Shown here one piece after another: positions 31,132 through 41,143 of a stretch of DNA of 44,842 nt. The stretch comes from an uncultured Bacteroidota bacterium (GTDB lineage Bacteria; Bacteroidota; Bacteroidia; Bacteroidales; DTGW01), in assembly GCA_963726845.1 (NCBI GenBank), contig CAVSGB010000234.1, positions 1-44,842 of the forward strand. The letters run 5' to 3'. The notes under the pieces are model-generated. The model saw only the letters and a program-made list of their open reading frames with translations. It ran no database searches and was not told the DNA's origin. The position numbers and the translations under genes were made by a program. Numbering within the stretch: position 1 is the stretch's first letter; every line of letters starts with the position of its first letter.

Positions 31132-33756
31132 TCAGGGTTTTATGACTTTAGTCAATACTGCAGGAACTTGTAATAAGTCATAATCATGATTGTATATTAA
31201 ATATTGATTATACCAGACAGGGTCAAATTTTTCTTTGTATTCGCGCAAACCTTTATAATTTGAAAACGACTTGATTTTTTCATATGCAAATTTCATTGAC
31301 CTAGCCCGAAAAGTATGTGGATCGTTTAACCCGCTCATAGGAGCAAACCCTAAATTGACATTATTAATATTTTGAGATTTTAAATAACTAAAAAGTTCAA
31401 CCAGGATAAAATCCATTACCCCATTGGGCGCATCTTTGGTTTTCCTGATCAAATCGTATGTGGCTTCACCTTTAGTATAATCAGGTATGATATTCAGAAA
31501 AGCAATAATTTTTTCTTCTGCATTTTCAACGGTTAAAATAGTTTGTTGCTTCAATTCATCCCACACAAACATTCCCTGCGAAAATACTATCTCCTTCCTG
31601 CCTGTTTCAAGCAACCACTCGTCGCTTACCGATTTTAATTTTTGAACAATACCGTCTTTAACCGGAGGAAAATGAAATATTGATTTATAGCCCTGCTCCC
31701 TCACTTTATTGATTGCATTTCGCATTGATTTTTTACTTCCGCCTTCCAGGTAAAACGTAGAAAGGTCAACGATGCCTTCCTGCCCGATAAATAATTCTTT
31801 TTTGCCAAGCGCATGATAAACTTCAAGGGACTTTTCAGGTACCCTATAATAGATGCATTTAAGACCGTTTTCGTAACAATAAGAGTCAAACCCGTTGATG
31901 CATATCTTCATTTCATCATCATTTTCAGCAACCGGGTTTTCGAGGGCTACTGCAAAATTGCCTGCAATACGATAAGCAATAAATGCTTTTTTGGTTTCTG
32001 AAAAGAAAATCATTTTATCATTATACGTTTTGAAATAATCTAATGGCGAAACACCACTTGATTTTAACAGATTTCTTGCCAGGGTTAGCTCTTCATCGGT
32101 AACATTTTTCTGGGCTTTATAGGATCGTACCAAAGTATAAACCAAAAACGTGATAGAAAGAAACCCGCTTAAGTTGATTGAAAGCAAAAAATGCTTTGCA
32201 AATGGTGATGTAGGCACTAATTCGTTGCTACCTATCAAAAAATAATATTGAAGGGTATATCGCACCGATTGCAACGAACTAAAATCGATATTGAAATATT
32301 TTTTGTCCAAATAATAAAAACCAATAATCCCATAAACCAATGTAACCACTATAAGAAACAAAGAAGTTTGTATGCCTACATTTCGTAATTTCGGATTCGA
32401 TTTAACATTGTATTCTTTAAATGATCTTGCCAAAACAATAATTACCAAAAGGGCAATAGTCGCTTCTTCATAATCAATTGCTTTGGTTATATGGCCAATA
32501 AAAGATATAATACTTAAGGCAAGTGCAAACCACCAGGCATTTCTCAAACCTTTGAGCATAAATGCAGCAGTAACAAGGAGAAATAACCCTGCAACCATCA
32601 CCAGATAGTTAGATGCAGAAATCACTTGAATAGGCAAAAAATCTTTTAAACGGATCAACCTTTCCGTAATAGCCGGTGTCAATACAGAAACAATATTCAA
32701 AATTCCCAATCCCATTAAAAACAGGGCAGGCATTACCCGCATAAGCAATTTGTTTATTTTTGAAAGGAAAGTCAAAATACCAACCAAAAAAGGCGTCCAA
32801 AACTCAAAGAAACGATATAGAAAAGTGATAGCAATTGCCTCAACATTTCCAAACCCAAAACGGATAAGGACATAAACCATCGAAACTTCAATAGCGCCAA
32901 GCCCACGCAGAAAAGGGGAAACAATTAAGAAAATTACCGAAATAATGTATCCAAAAATGGCTGCAAAAACAGAAGGGTTAAAATTGAGCGCTACCATTGC
33001 AACATATAAATGTGCAATTCCTACAAATTCAATAATCACAGAAACAAATATCGTAAGAAGGAATTTCTTCTTGTCAATTTTATTTTGCTGCAAATCGTTT
33101 AAAAAAACTTCTGTGGAAGGAACAAGTTTCATTAAAATGTTATAAAAAAATCCTTGTTTCAATATAGAACGATATGCAAAGTAAAAAGCAAATATCAATA
33201 GCAATGCAGCGAATAAAGCATACCATTCACTTGCACCTACCATTCCTTTCAGAATAGCATATATGAATGCTGGAATTGCTACAATTATAACCGAAAGTAT
33301 CCCTATAAAGCCATAAATAGAAGATGCAAAATGGATTTGCGTCTTTTTTATTCCCTTTCTTTCGATAGCGCCCGTAAAAAATGCAAGCGACGACACGCCC
33401 CCGGCAGGTAAAAAGACACTTATTAAATTCCTTTTTATAAAAAGAATAATCGAATCTGATAACGAAACTTTTTTCAGGGCCGATGCAAATGAAAAGACAT
33501 ACATTTGGCCCTGCAGCAGTATATAAATTGCAGTAAGGCTTATTCCAATAAGCATCCATTGCCACCTTGCAGCAACCAGCACATGTTTAACTTCGATTAG
33601 TTCAGCCTTTTCATTTTTAAGAAACCAGATACCGATTACAATAAAAAATAACGTGAAAATAAATTGGGCAATAATCTTCCGGTTCTCCCAAATAAATGGT
33701 TGTACCCGTGATATGAAATGATCAGGTGCAAAAGCTGTCCGGGTCTCTTTTTTCAT
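31132..33756 (-). CDS. mprF: Bifunctional lysyl-/aminoacyl-phosphatidylglycerol synthase/flippase MprF (N-terminal multi-TM flippase domain plus C-terminal DUF2156/LPG-synthase domain).
   Basis: 874 aa. ~14 predicted TM helices in the N-terminal 540 aa. C-terminal domain with FFSETKKAFIAYRIAGNFAVALENPV and a terminal ...YKGLREYKEKFDPVWYNQY block characteristic of the MprF synthase domain. Confidence 0.8.
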   Translation of the reverse strand: MKKETRTAFAPDHFISRVQPFIWENRKIIAQFIFTLFFIVIGIWFLKNEKAELIEVKHVLVAARWQWMLIGISLTAIYILLQGQMYVFSFASALKKVSLSDSIILFIKRNLISVFLPAGGVSSLAFFTGAIERKGIKKTQIHFASSIYGFIGILSVIIVAIPAFIYAILKGMVGASEWYALFAALLLIFAFYFAYRSILKQGFFYNILMKLVPSTEVFLNDLQQNKIDKKKFLLTIFVSVIIEFVGIAHLYVAMVALNFNPSVFAAIFGYIISVIFLIVSPFLRGLGAIEVSMVYVLIRFGFGNVEAIAITFLYRFFEFWTPFLVGILTFLSKINKLLMRVMPALFLMGLGILNIVSVLTPAITERLIRLKDFLPIQVISASNYLVMVAGLFLLVTAAFMLKGLRNAWWFALALSIISFIGHITKAIDYEEATIALLVIIVLARSFKEYNVKSNPKLRNVGIQTSLFLIVVTLVYGIIGFYYLDKKYFNIDFSSLQSVRYTLQYYFLIGSNELVPTSPFAKHFLLSINLSGFLSITFLVYTLVRSYKAQKNVTDEELTLARNLLKSSGVSPLDYFKTYNDKMIFFSETKKAFIAYRIAGNFAVALENPVAENDDEMKICINGFDSYCYENGLKCIYYRVPEKSLEVYHALGKKELFIGQEGIVDLSTFYLEGGSKKSMRNAINKVREQGYKSIFHFPPVKDGIVQKLKSVSDEWLLETGRKEIVFSQGMFVWDELKQQTILTVENAEEKIIAFLNIIPDYTKGEATYDLIRKTKDAPNGVMDFILVELFSYLKSQNINNVNLGFAPMSGLNDPHTFRARSMKFAYEKIKSFSNYKGLREYKEKFDPVWYNQYLIYNHDYDLLQVPAVLTKVIKP

Positions 33757-33879
33757 ATTTGAAATAACAATATGTATTTTATCATTTGCAAATTTTCAAT
33801 ATAGATTATTGAACAAACTAAATTAGTTCATATTATTTATTCCTGCAAAAATATAAATGTTCGATGGGCCAAGGGATTG

Positions 33880-34515
33880 CTAAAGAATACAACCAATCCT
33901 TAAAGTCAGGCCATGAGGATTAACATCTAAATTGTTCAATGACATGTGAAACCCTTTAAAACCAATACTAATAACTGATGAAAAATATTTGTTGATCCTT
34001 ATATAACAGCCAAATCCGGCAAATAAATATTCACCTTTTTCTGAAACATTATAAAGCTTTCCGGCACCAGGATAATATTCTATTTTATAATTAATAAAAG
34101 AAATCCCTTCTGACAAATTAAAAAATGGGCAAAACATTTTATATTTCATTAAATTCAGTCTTTCGTCCAAATAAACAGGGAAAAACTTTAAATTATATAA
34201 CAACCATCCATTATCCAGGTGGAATTTTGAATACGAAAATTCTGTTCCCAACCCAATATAAAAAGAACGAAAAATATTATAACTTCCAATTGCACTGACA
34301 CCTGTGAAATTATCGCCATGTGTGCTATGCAAAATTTCGTATGCGGGTGTGACTAAAAACCTTCTGAACGTTAGCGAATCATTTTTGTCAAAATATCCTG
34401 AATTGGTTGATAATTGTTTCGTAAATTCATTTTTGTCCCAATCTTCTGAATAAAGAAAATGTGGATATAATAATATCAGGGCTGTAACGAGATAACCTTT
34501 AAAAATATTGACCAT
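33880..34515 (-). CDS. Small outer-membrane beta-barrel protein (OmpA-like barrel / OMP_b-brl family), function unknown.
   Basis: Signal-like N-terminus and alternating aromatic/hydrophobic beta-strand pattern. 211 aa. Confidence 0.35.
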   Translation of the reverse strand: MVNIFKGYLVTALILLYPHFLYSEDWDKNEFTKQLSTNSGYFDKNDSLTFRRFLVTPAYEILHSTHGDNFTGVSAIGSYNIFRSFYIGLGTEFSYSKFHLDNGWLLYNLKFFPVYLDERLNLMKYKMFCPFFNLSEGISFINYKIEYYPGAGKLYNVSEKGEYLFAGFGCYIRINKYFSSVISIGFKGFHMSLNNLDVNPHGLTLRIGCIL

Positions 34516-34526
34516 TATAATTTTAT

Positions 34527-35828
34527 TTAAAATAAATAGTCTAAATCTAAATAATAACCATAATCACCATCGCTTTTGTTTAAAGCTCTTCCATAATCAG
34601 AGGAAACAATAAAATTGTGGTTTATAATAAACCTGACCCCGGAACCAACAGACTGGTGTATTTTTTCATTGTTGAATTTATAATCGGTTTCTGAAACATT
34701 CAAAGTTTTATCAATATTAAACATTTTAGTTATTCGACCCAAATCGGTAAAAAGATTAAATGAAATACTAAAATTCCTGTCAAATAATATTGTATTAACA
34801 GGGGTATAACGGTATTCAAAATTTCCAAGCACAAACCCTTCACCCTGTAACCTGTCATATAAAATCCCGCGCAGGGTTTTTACGCCGCCCAGGGCTTCCT
34901 GCACATGAAATGTACTAATAAAATATGGCATCATATAAAAAGGCATTTCGCCATTTAATTTTGTTTGGTATGCAAGCCTGTACGCAAATACCAACTCAGG
35001 GAGTAAATTAAAATATTGCCTGTGGATTAGCACAATTTGAGAATACGCATAATCGTTATTTAAAAACTTTGGCACTTTTATCAATACTACTTCGTCCCAA
35101 ATTCCTCTTGTTGGTATTGCTTCATTATCACGGGTATCGTAAATTAACCCGCATTTCAGATAAGATGCTATACCTCCATTTTTTTGTTCAGCAGGAATAA
35201 TGCCAAAAGCAACATATTTTTCGAAAAGTGTTGGTTGATTATTAACCGTGGTTTTACCTACCAATTTACTGTTTGAAGGATGAATTGTTATATTGTAATT
35301 CCCGTAACCTAAATCCCAGTGGAATTGCGAATCGAAAAAACATTGCTGGACATCAAGAAAAATTGTCTTGCTTAGCTTCTGTATATAATAGTAAGAACGG
35401 GAAATAAAATCCCTTTTGGAAGGGTCGGCATAATTTCCATTATAAAGTGCATTGTAACCATTAAAGCCATAAAATTGCTGAAACCTGTTTCCAATAGAGG
35501 ATAAATCGGCTATTAACCTCAATCCTGCTGGTAGCAAATGCTTTGAATCGTAAAACAAATAATCGACATGCCCGCCTCTTGTTGTTACAGACGATTGCAA
35601 ATACAGGTTATACAGATAATTTGGATAATGTGAGCTATCGCTGTAATAATAAATGCTTGCCAATGCCCCATATTGGATTCCTTTATCAGTGTTATAAACG
35701 AACGAAGGCAGAATTTCAACATCCCAATCCTTTATAATTTTTTGTCCGGAAACAGAATCCTGGCCGTTCAATATTGTTTGGATAAAAAAACTAAAGGCCA
35801 AAACAAAAAAAATGACAGTAACTCTCAT
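34527..35828 (-). CDS. Omp85/surface-antigen-D15 family outer-membrane beta-barrel protein lacking POTRA domains.
   Basis: Signal peptide. Omp85 barrel motif GLIYDTRDNEAIPTRGIW. C-terminal aromatic terminus ...YYLDLDYLF. 433 aa. Confidence 0.5.
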   Translation of the reverse strand: MRVTVIFFVLAFSFFIQTILNGQDSVSGQKIIKDWDVEILPSFVYNTDKGIQYGALASIYYYSDSSHYPNYLYNLYLQSSVTTRGGHVDYLFYDSKHLLPAGLRLIADLSSIGNRFQQFYGFNGYNALYNGNYADPSKRDFISRSYYYIQKLSKTIFLDVQQCFFDSQFHWDLGYGNYNITIHPSNSKLVGKTTVNNQPTLFEKYVAFGIIPAEQKNGGIASYLKCGLIYDTRDNEAIPTRGIWDEVVLIKVPKFLNNDYAYSQIVLIHRQYFNLLPELVFAYRLAYQTKLNGEMPFYMMPYFISTFHVQEALGGVKTLRGILYDRLQGEGFVLGNFEYRYTPVNTILFDRNFSISFNLFTDLGRITKMFNIDKTLNVSETDYKFNNEKIHQSVGSGVRFIINHNFIVSSDYGRALNKSDGDYGYYLDLDYLF

Positions 35829-35905
35829 TAATTCTAATTAATTTCTATCTTGTTAACTAAATATTCTGAACAAAAGTATTATTTGGTTTCTAAAAATTGA
35901 AAAAA

Positions 35906-36884
35906 TCATTTATTAAATCTAACACCAAACTCCTGTTTTCTCTTCATGCTAATCCTGTTTGCAATTTTCCACAATAGCCTGAATTTGAATTCGAACCTTT
36001 CCATATCGAGTATAAGCATCTTTCTTTTCATCTTCATAATAGCAATCCAATCGATAGTATTTATCTGTAGCTTTTGATATCGTTGCAATGCTAAATTAAA
36101 TACTGAAAGAAATATTTTTATTCTTATAATTGTTTTACGGATATTTTTTTGCGGATAATCCAGTTCACTAAATAATTTAATGGTTTTATCCATTTCGCAA
36201 TTAAATAATTGAATCAGTGGTTTTAATTCTGTTTTATTGGCTAACGTGTTTAGGTTAATTGAAATGTCATCATACAAGTCTAAAATATCATCGCCAATTT
36301 GTGCCGTGCCACCATATTGAAAAATAGCTTCTTGCTCATTTACGATTAGATTTTCTGATAAGATGGTTCTGATTAAAAGGAAGGTATTACCACACTTTTT
36401 AAATGTTATATCCCTGATTTCTTCAATAGAAATTTCATTATCAAACTGTCTTTTACTTTTTTTTTCAGCGCTCAGGGCTTCACTTAAATATTTTTCAAAT
36501 AAATCTTTGTGATAAATATTATTATGTACATAATTTTCGATTTCATGTAATAGATCAACCATATTATCTTCATTTTCAGGATTTGAAGAATCTACAAGAT
36601 TATCCTGAATAACTGCATAAATACTCAATAAGAACCAATAATTTGGTTTCAGCGAAAGTAGGTTTTCTGCCAAATAGAAAAGCAAGGGGCTGAAGTAAGC
36701 CGAAGTGTATCAATAATGCATCGTTCTCTATTTTTTTTATTTCATTTTCGTTTAATATTTTTGCTGTTGAACAAGTAAAAATGTTAATATTTATAATATT
36801 GAACGCCTTTTTAATAATTTTCTTTTGCGTTTTAAATTCAAACGACAGTCCAATAAATTCTTTAAAAAGCAAAATTAAGGCCAT
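35906..36884 (-). CDS. Polyprenyl-synthase-like (class I isoprenoid synthase fold) protein with an intact second Asp-rich motif but a degenerate first one. One frameshift at ~36600-36685.
   Basis: KCGNTFLLIRTIL...EAIFQYGGTAQIGDDILDLYDD parallels the K(T)G...G.AFQ.QDDILD (SARM) block of FPP/GGPP synthases. The region where the first DDxxD would sit reads VIQDNLVD, and no RRG follows. Its start is 3 bp downstream of the RND-2 stop, same strand. Confidence 0.35.
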
Positions 36885-36886
36885 AA

Positions 36887-39800
36887 TTATTCAGCGAGCC
36901 TCTTAGTTTTATATTGGTAAATTCCTTTAAAAATTATAGGAAAAATAAAGAGGGTCAATATAGTAGAGGTAACAAGGCCTCCAATTACAACGATAGCGAG
37001 AGGCCGGGAAGTTTCCGAGCCTATTCCTGTAGATGTTGCCGCCGGCATTAAACCGATAGCAGCCATAAGCGCGGTCATCACTACCGGCCTTATACGGGCA
37101 ATAACACCCTGACGTATGGCATCGTCAAGATGAATACGTTCATGTAAATTCTTCTTAAATCTTGACAGGAGAATGACATTATTTTGAATACATATTCCAA
37201 ATAAGGCAATAAACCCTATTCCTGCCGAAATACTGAAATTCGTACCCGTAATATGCAGCGCCGTAATACCGCCAATGATAGCAAACGGCACGTTGAGCAA
37301 TATTAACCCTGCATCGGTAACATTGCCGAAAAGTACAAAAAGTATAAAAAAGATCAGAATAAGGCTGATAGGCACTACAATGCTTAAACGGTGCGAAGCC
37401 CGTTGCTGGTTTTCAAAATCACCCTGCCATTCCATGCTATATCCTTTTGGCAATTTTATTGCAGCATTCACTTTTTTTTGTGCTTCTGCAATGGCCGATC
37501 CCATATCCCTTCCCCTGACTGAAAACTTCAAAGCCACGAACCGTTCATTATTGTCCCTGAAAATTAAAATAGGTCCTGTAATCTTAATTATATCAGCAAT
37601 TTCTTTAACAGGTATCTGGCCACCTGAAAGTGTTGGCACCATAAGCTCTCCAATTTCTTTTTCTGTCATCCTGAACTCTGGCAAAAAGCGTATCCTGATA
37701 TCAAATTTTTTGTATCCTTCATAATAGGTTGAAGCAGCTTTGCCGCCGATTGCCATTTCGATTACGGCATTGCAATCAGCTGTGGCTACACCGTATAAAG
37801 CCATTTTTTCCTGATTTAGTTCAATTCGTAATTCCGGTTGTCCCTGGCTTTGGATTACACCAAGGTCATCTATCCCTTCGATGTTTTTCATGATGTTATA
37901 AATGCTATCTGCTTTGGTATCAAGATAAGGCAAATCTTCCCCAAATACTTTGATGGCTATAGAGCCTTTTACGCCCGATACGGCTTCTTCGACATTATCC
38001 ATGATGGGTTGGGAGAAATTGAATATTATACCGGGAAATTTCTGCAATTTTGCGTTCATCCTGTCAATCAGTTCATCCCTGTTCTTAGCATGTTCCATAG
38101 CTTTTGTATGGTATATGTCAATAAAAAACTCATTATTATAAAAACCGGTCGCATCGGTGCCGTCGTCCGGTCGCCCGGTTTGGGATACTACCTGTTTCAC
38201 TTCCGGGAACGATTTAATAATACTCCGCATTTCATCTGCAATCCTGACTGATTCTTCAAGTGATATGCTCAGGGGCATGGATGCCCGCATCCAAATTGCC
38301 CCTTCATTTAACTCAGGTAAAAATTCCGTACCCAGATAACGGAAAGAAAAAATACTAACAGCCATTGCAATGCCTGCAATGATCAAGCTTAGGCGTTTGT
38401 TTCTGTAACATCTTTCAAAAATTGAAATGGTATGTCTTGTAACAAAGGCTAAAAATGGATTGTGTTTTTCTTTTACATTTTTTCTAAGCAACAAACTTGA
38501 AATTACCGGAACAAGGGTCAATGCAAATATAAGTGCCCCGAGAAGCGCAAAACCAAGCGTCCAGGCCAATGGTGAAAACATTTTGCCTTCTACTTTTTGA
38601 AAAGAGAATATCGGGAGAAGCGCTGTAATGATAATGAGCTTTGAAATAAAGATGGCTTTGCCCATTTCGGTCCCTGTTTCTTTAATAAGCCCGAGTTTAG
38701 ACAACAAATTAAATTTGGGCATACCGACAGTTTTGGCTTTGTTGTCCATAGCAACAAAAATACCCTCGACCATTACAACAGCGCCATCAATAATAATCCC
38801 AAAGTCAATTGCACCCATTGAAAGCAGGTTGGCTGACATACCTTTTATCCGGAGGCATATAAATGCAAACAGCAGGGCTAATGGAATTATTAAAGAAACA
38901 ATAACAGTTGTGCGCCATTCGGCCATAAAAAGCAATACAATAAGGGTTACGAAAATAATCCCCTCGATCAGGTTGTGTAAGACAGTGTGGGTTGCATAAT
39001 GGATCAGCTCGTTCCGGTTATAATATGTTTCAATTTTTACATCCGAGGGTAGTATTTTGTTGTTCAGCTCGTCGATCTTTTCCTGCACTTTTTTGATGAC
39101 TTCTCCGGGATTTAAACCCTTACGCATTACAACGATACCTTCCACAACATCGCCAAGGCTGTCCTTGCCTACCTGTCCAAGCCGCGGGAGGTTCGATTCT
39201 GTAACATTTGCAACATGTTTAATAAGAATCGGGCTTTCATTAATTTTTTTGATGATGATATTACCAATCTCATCGAAATGATCGATGACACCAATTCCCC
39301 TGACCACATAGGCCTGTGTATTATGTTCAATCACATCGCCGCCAACATTAATATTGCTGCGGTTTACAGCCTGGTAAACATCCAGCCGGGTAATACCATA
39401 TTTTACAAGAGATTGTGGGTTTACCTGAATTTCATAAGTCTTTACTTCTCCCCCGAAGCTATTTACGTCTGCGACGCCTGAAATAGAGCGGATATGACGT
39501 TCGACCACCCAATCCTCCAATGTTTTTAATTCTCTCACACTCCTGGATTTGCTTTTCAACGTGAACCTGAAAATTTCACCGGTTGGCCCGTAGGGAGGTT
39601 CCACTTCAGGCTTTACGCCTTCCGGCAGGTCGACGTTCATTAACAAGTTGTTTACTTGTTGCCGTCCAAAAGCGTCTTCAATATTATCCTCAAAAATTAC
39701 TTTTACAACGGATAGTCCAAAAAGCGTTGTTGATCTTATATCTGTTTTGCTTTGTACCGAATTCATGGTAATTTCGAGCGGCATAGTTACATATCTTTCT

Positions 39801-39997
39801 ACTTCTTCAGCACTGCGGCCGGGCCATTGGGAAATTATACTAATCTCGGTATTGGTCGTATCCGGAAAGGCTTCTATAGGCGTATTAATATAACTTACAA
39901 CACCTGCAATTATGATAATGGCGATACTGAAAAAAATGAAAAACCTGTTTTTCAGTGAAAATGCTATAATATTTTTAATAAATATATTCATTGTCAC
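36887..39997 (-). CDS. Efflux RND transporter permease subunit, CusA/CzcA family: RND-2.
   Basis: 1036 aa. NTPIEAFPDTTNTEISIISQWPGRSAEEVERYVTMPLE and AIDFGIIIDGAVVMVE. Paralogue of RND-1. Confidence 0.85.
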   Translation of the reverse strand: MTMNIFIKNIIAFSLKNRFFIFFSIAIIIIAGVVSYINTPIEAFPDTTNTEISIISQWPGRSAEEVERYVTMPLEITMNSVQSKTDIRSTTLFGLSVVKVIFEDNIEDAFGRQQVNNLLMNVDLPEGVKPEVEPPYGPTGEIFRFTLKSKSRSVRELKTLEDWVVERHIRSISGVADVNSFGGEVKTYEIQVNPQSLVKYGITRLDVYQAVNRSNINVGGDVIEHNTQAYVVRGIGVIDHFDEIGNIIIKKINESPILIKHVANVTESNLPRLGQVGKDSLGDVVEGIVVMRKGLNPGEVIKKVQEKIDELNNKILPSDVKIETYYNRNELIHYATHTVLHNLIEGIIFVTLIVLLFMAEWRTTVIVSLIIPLALLFAFICLRIKGMSANLLSMGAIDFGIIIDGAVVMVEGIFVAMDNKAKTVGMPKFNLLSKLGLIKETGTEMGKAIFISKLIIITALLPIFSFQKVEGKMFSPLAWTLGFALLGALIFALTLVPVISSLLLRKNVKEKHNPFLAFVTRHTISIFERCYRNKRLSLIIAGIAMAVSIFSFRYLGTEFLPELNEGAIWMRASMPLSISLEESVRIADEMRSIIKSFPEVKQVVSQTGRPDDGTDATGFYNNEFFIDIYHTKAMEHAKNRDELIDRMNAKLQKFPGIIFNFSQPIMDNVEEAVSGVKGSIAIKVFGEDLPYLDTKADSIYNIMKNIEGIDDLGVIQSQGQPELRIELNQEKMALYGVATADCNAVIEMAIGGKAASTYYEGYKKFDIRIRFLPEFRMTEKEIGELMVPTLSGGQIPVKEIADIIKITGPILIFRDNNERFVALKFSVRGRDMGSAIAEAQKKVNAAIKLPKGYSMEWQGDFENQQRASHRLSIVVPISLILIFFILFVLFGNVTDAGLILLNVPFAIIGGITALHITGTNFSISAGIGFIALFGICIQNNVILLSRFKKNLHERIHLDDAIRQGVIARIRPVVMTALMAAIGLMPAATSTGIGSETSRPLAIVVIGGLVTSTILTLFIFPIIFKGIYQYKTKRLAE

Positions 39998-40048
39998 AAT
40001 ATTAATTTAGGCCAGAATAAGTTATAGTTTTGATTTACTTAGAACTTT

Positions 40049-41131
40049 TTACTGATTTAGCGCATTATAAATAAGTAACTGAAGATTTGTAATAATCCTT
40101 TCACCGGGTTTCACGCCCGAACGGATATAGGCATAAGAACCTGTAGACCTTACAATTTCGACCTGTCTGGTCTGCACGTTGCATTTATCAAGATATATCA
40201 ATACCCAATATTTATTCTGGTCAAAAACTATCGATTTTGCTGGAACAGTAAGCATTGTACTATCTTTAACCTGGTGCACAATAACCTTGGCAAACATTTC
40301 GGGTTTCAGCAGATTATCTTTATTGTCAAGCTGAATCCTGACTTTCATTGTTTTGTTATCCGGATCGAGTACATTATAAATTTTATCGATTGTCCCACTA
40401 AGAATTTTATCCGGGTATGAAACAGTAGTTACGCTAGCTTTTTCACCGACTTTAATATTTGAAATATCGGACTCATAAACATTAGCTAAAATCCAAACCC
40501 TTTTTAAATCTGAAATAGTAAACAAGTTGGTTGAATTATCCGGCCTGATCTGCATGTTGGGGTTCACAAATTTTTCCACAACATATCCTGAAATTGGCGA
40601 TGTTACAATGTAATCGGATTGTTTGCCCCCATAAATTGAAAGCACGGTCTTTGCCCTGTTAAGTTCTGATCGCGCCTTTTCAGTATCTTTTATTGCAGAA
40701 GTATAATCTTTCTCAGATATTATGCCGCTTTTATACATGTCTTCAGTTGCGGCAAGGTTTTTTTCAGAAACCGCAAGATTTGCCTGTGCTGTAACAATAT
40801 CATTTTCAGCGCCTGCTATTTCGGTACTTTTAACAATTGCCAGTACCTGTCCTTTTTCGACAAAATCGCCCAAAGCAATTTTAACATCCGTTACATTGCC
40901 ACTTACCATTGGGTAAAGCTTTACAACTTTGTCCTGATCGTAAGTTACTTTGCCAATAAGGTTAAAATCCTGCATTACTGGCCTGACCGAAGCTGTATCA
41001 ATGCATATTTTGCCCATCAGACTGTCCGGGATACAAAATTTTGTTGCTGTATTGTTTGCAACATTGGGTTTTTCTAATGAACAATAAGTTAAGATGAAAA
41101 AAGAGAAAATAAAAAACAATATTTTTTTCAT
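40049..41131 (-). CDS. Efflux RND periplasmic adaptor (MFP), lipoprotein: MFP-2.
   Basis: Lipobox ILTYCS. Colinear with MFP-1 over its full length, including the shared block IIVKNNLLIYDQF (MFP-1) / IITNLQLLIYNAL (MFP-2). Confidence 0.8.
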   Translation of the reverse strand: MKKILFFIFSFFILTYCSLEKPNVANNTATKFCIPDSLMGKICIDTASVRPVMQDFNLIGKVTYDQDKVVKLYPMVSGNVTDVKIALGDFVEKGQVLAIVKSTEIAGAENDIVTAQANLAVSEKNLAATEDMYKSGIISEKDYTSAIKDTEKARSELNRAKTVLSIYGGKQSDYIVTSPISGYVVEKFVNPNMQIRPDNSTNLFTISDLKRVWILANVYESDISNIKVGEKASVTTVSYPDKILSGTIDKIYNVLDPDNKTMKVRIQLDNKDNLLKPEMFAKVIVHQVKDSTMLTVPAKSIVFDQNKYWVLIYLDKCNVQTRQVEIVRSTGSYAYIRSGVKPGERIITNLQLLIYNALNQ

Positions 41132-41143
41132 AAACAGTAAATT

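Noticed and set aside
39186-39206. tRNA-like T-arm motif (ggttcgattc) inside RND-2
   Set aside because: It is embedded in a continuous 1036-aa CDS with no acceptor or anticodon arms. No tRNA, rRNA or tmRNA was found anywhere in the window.
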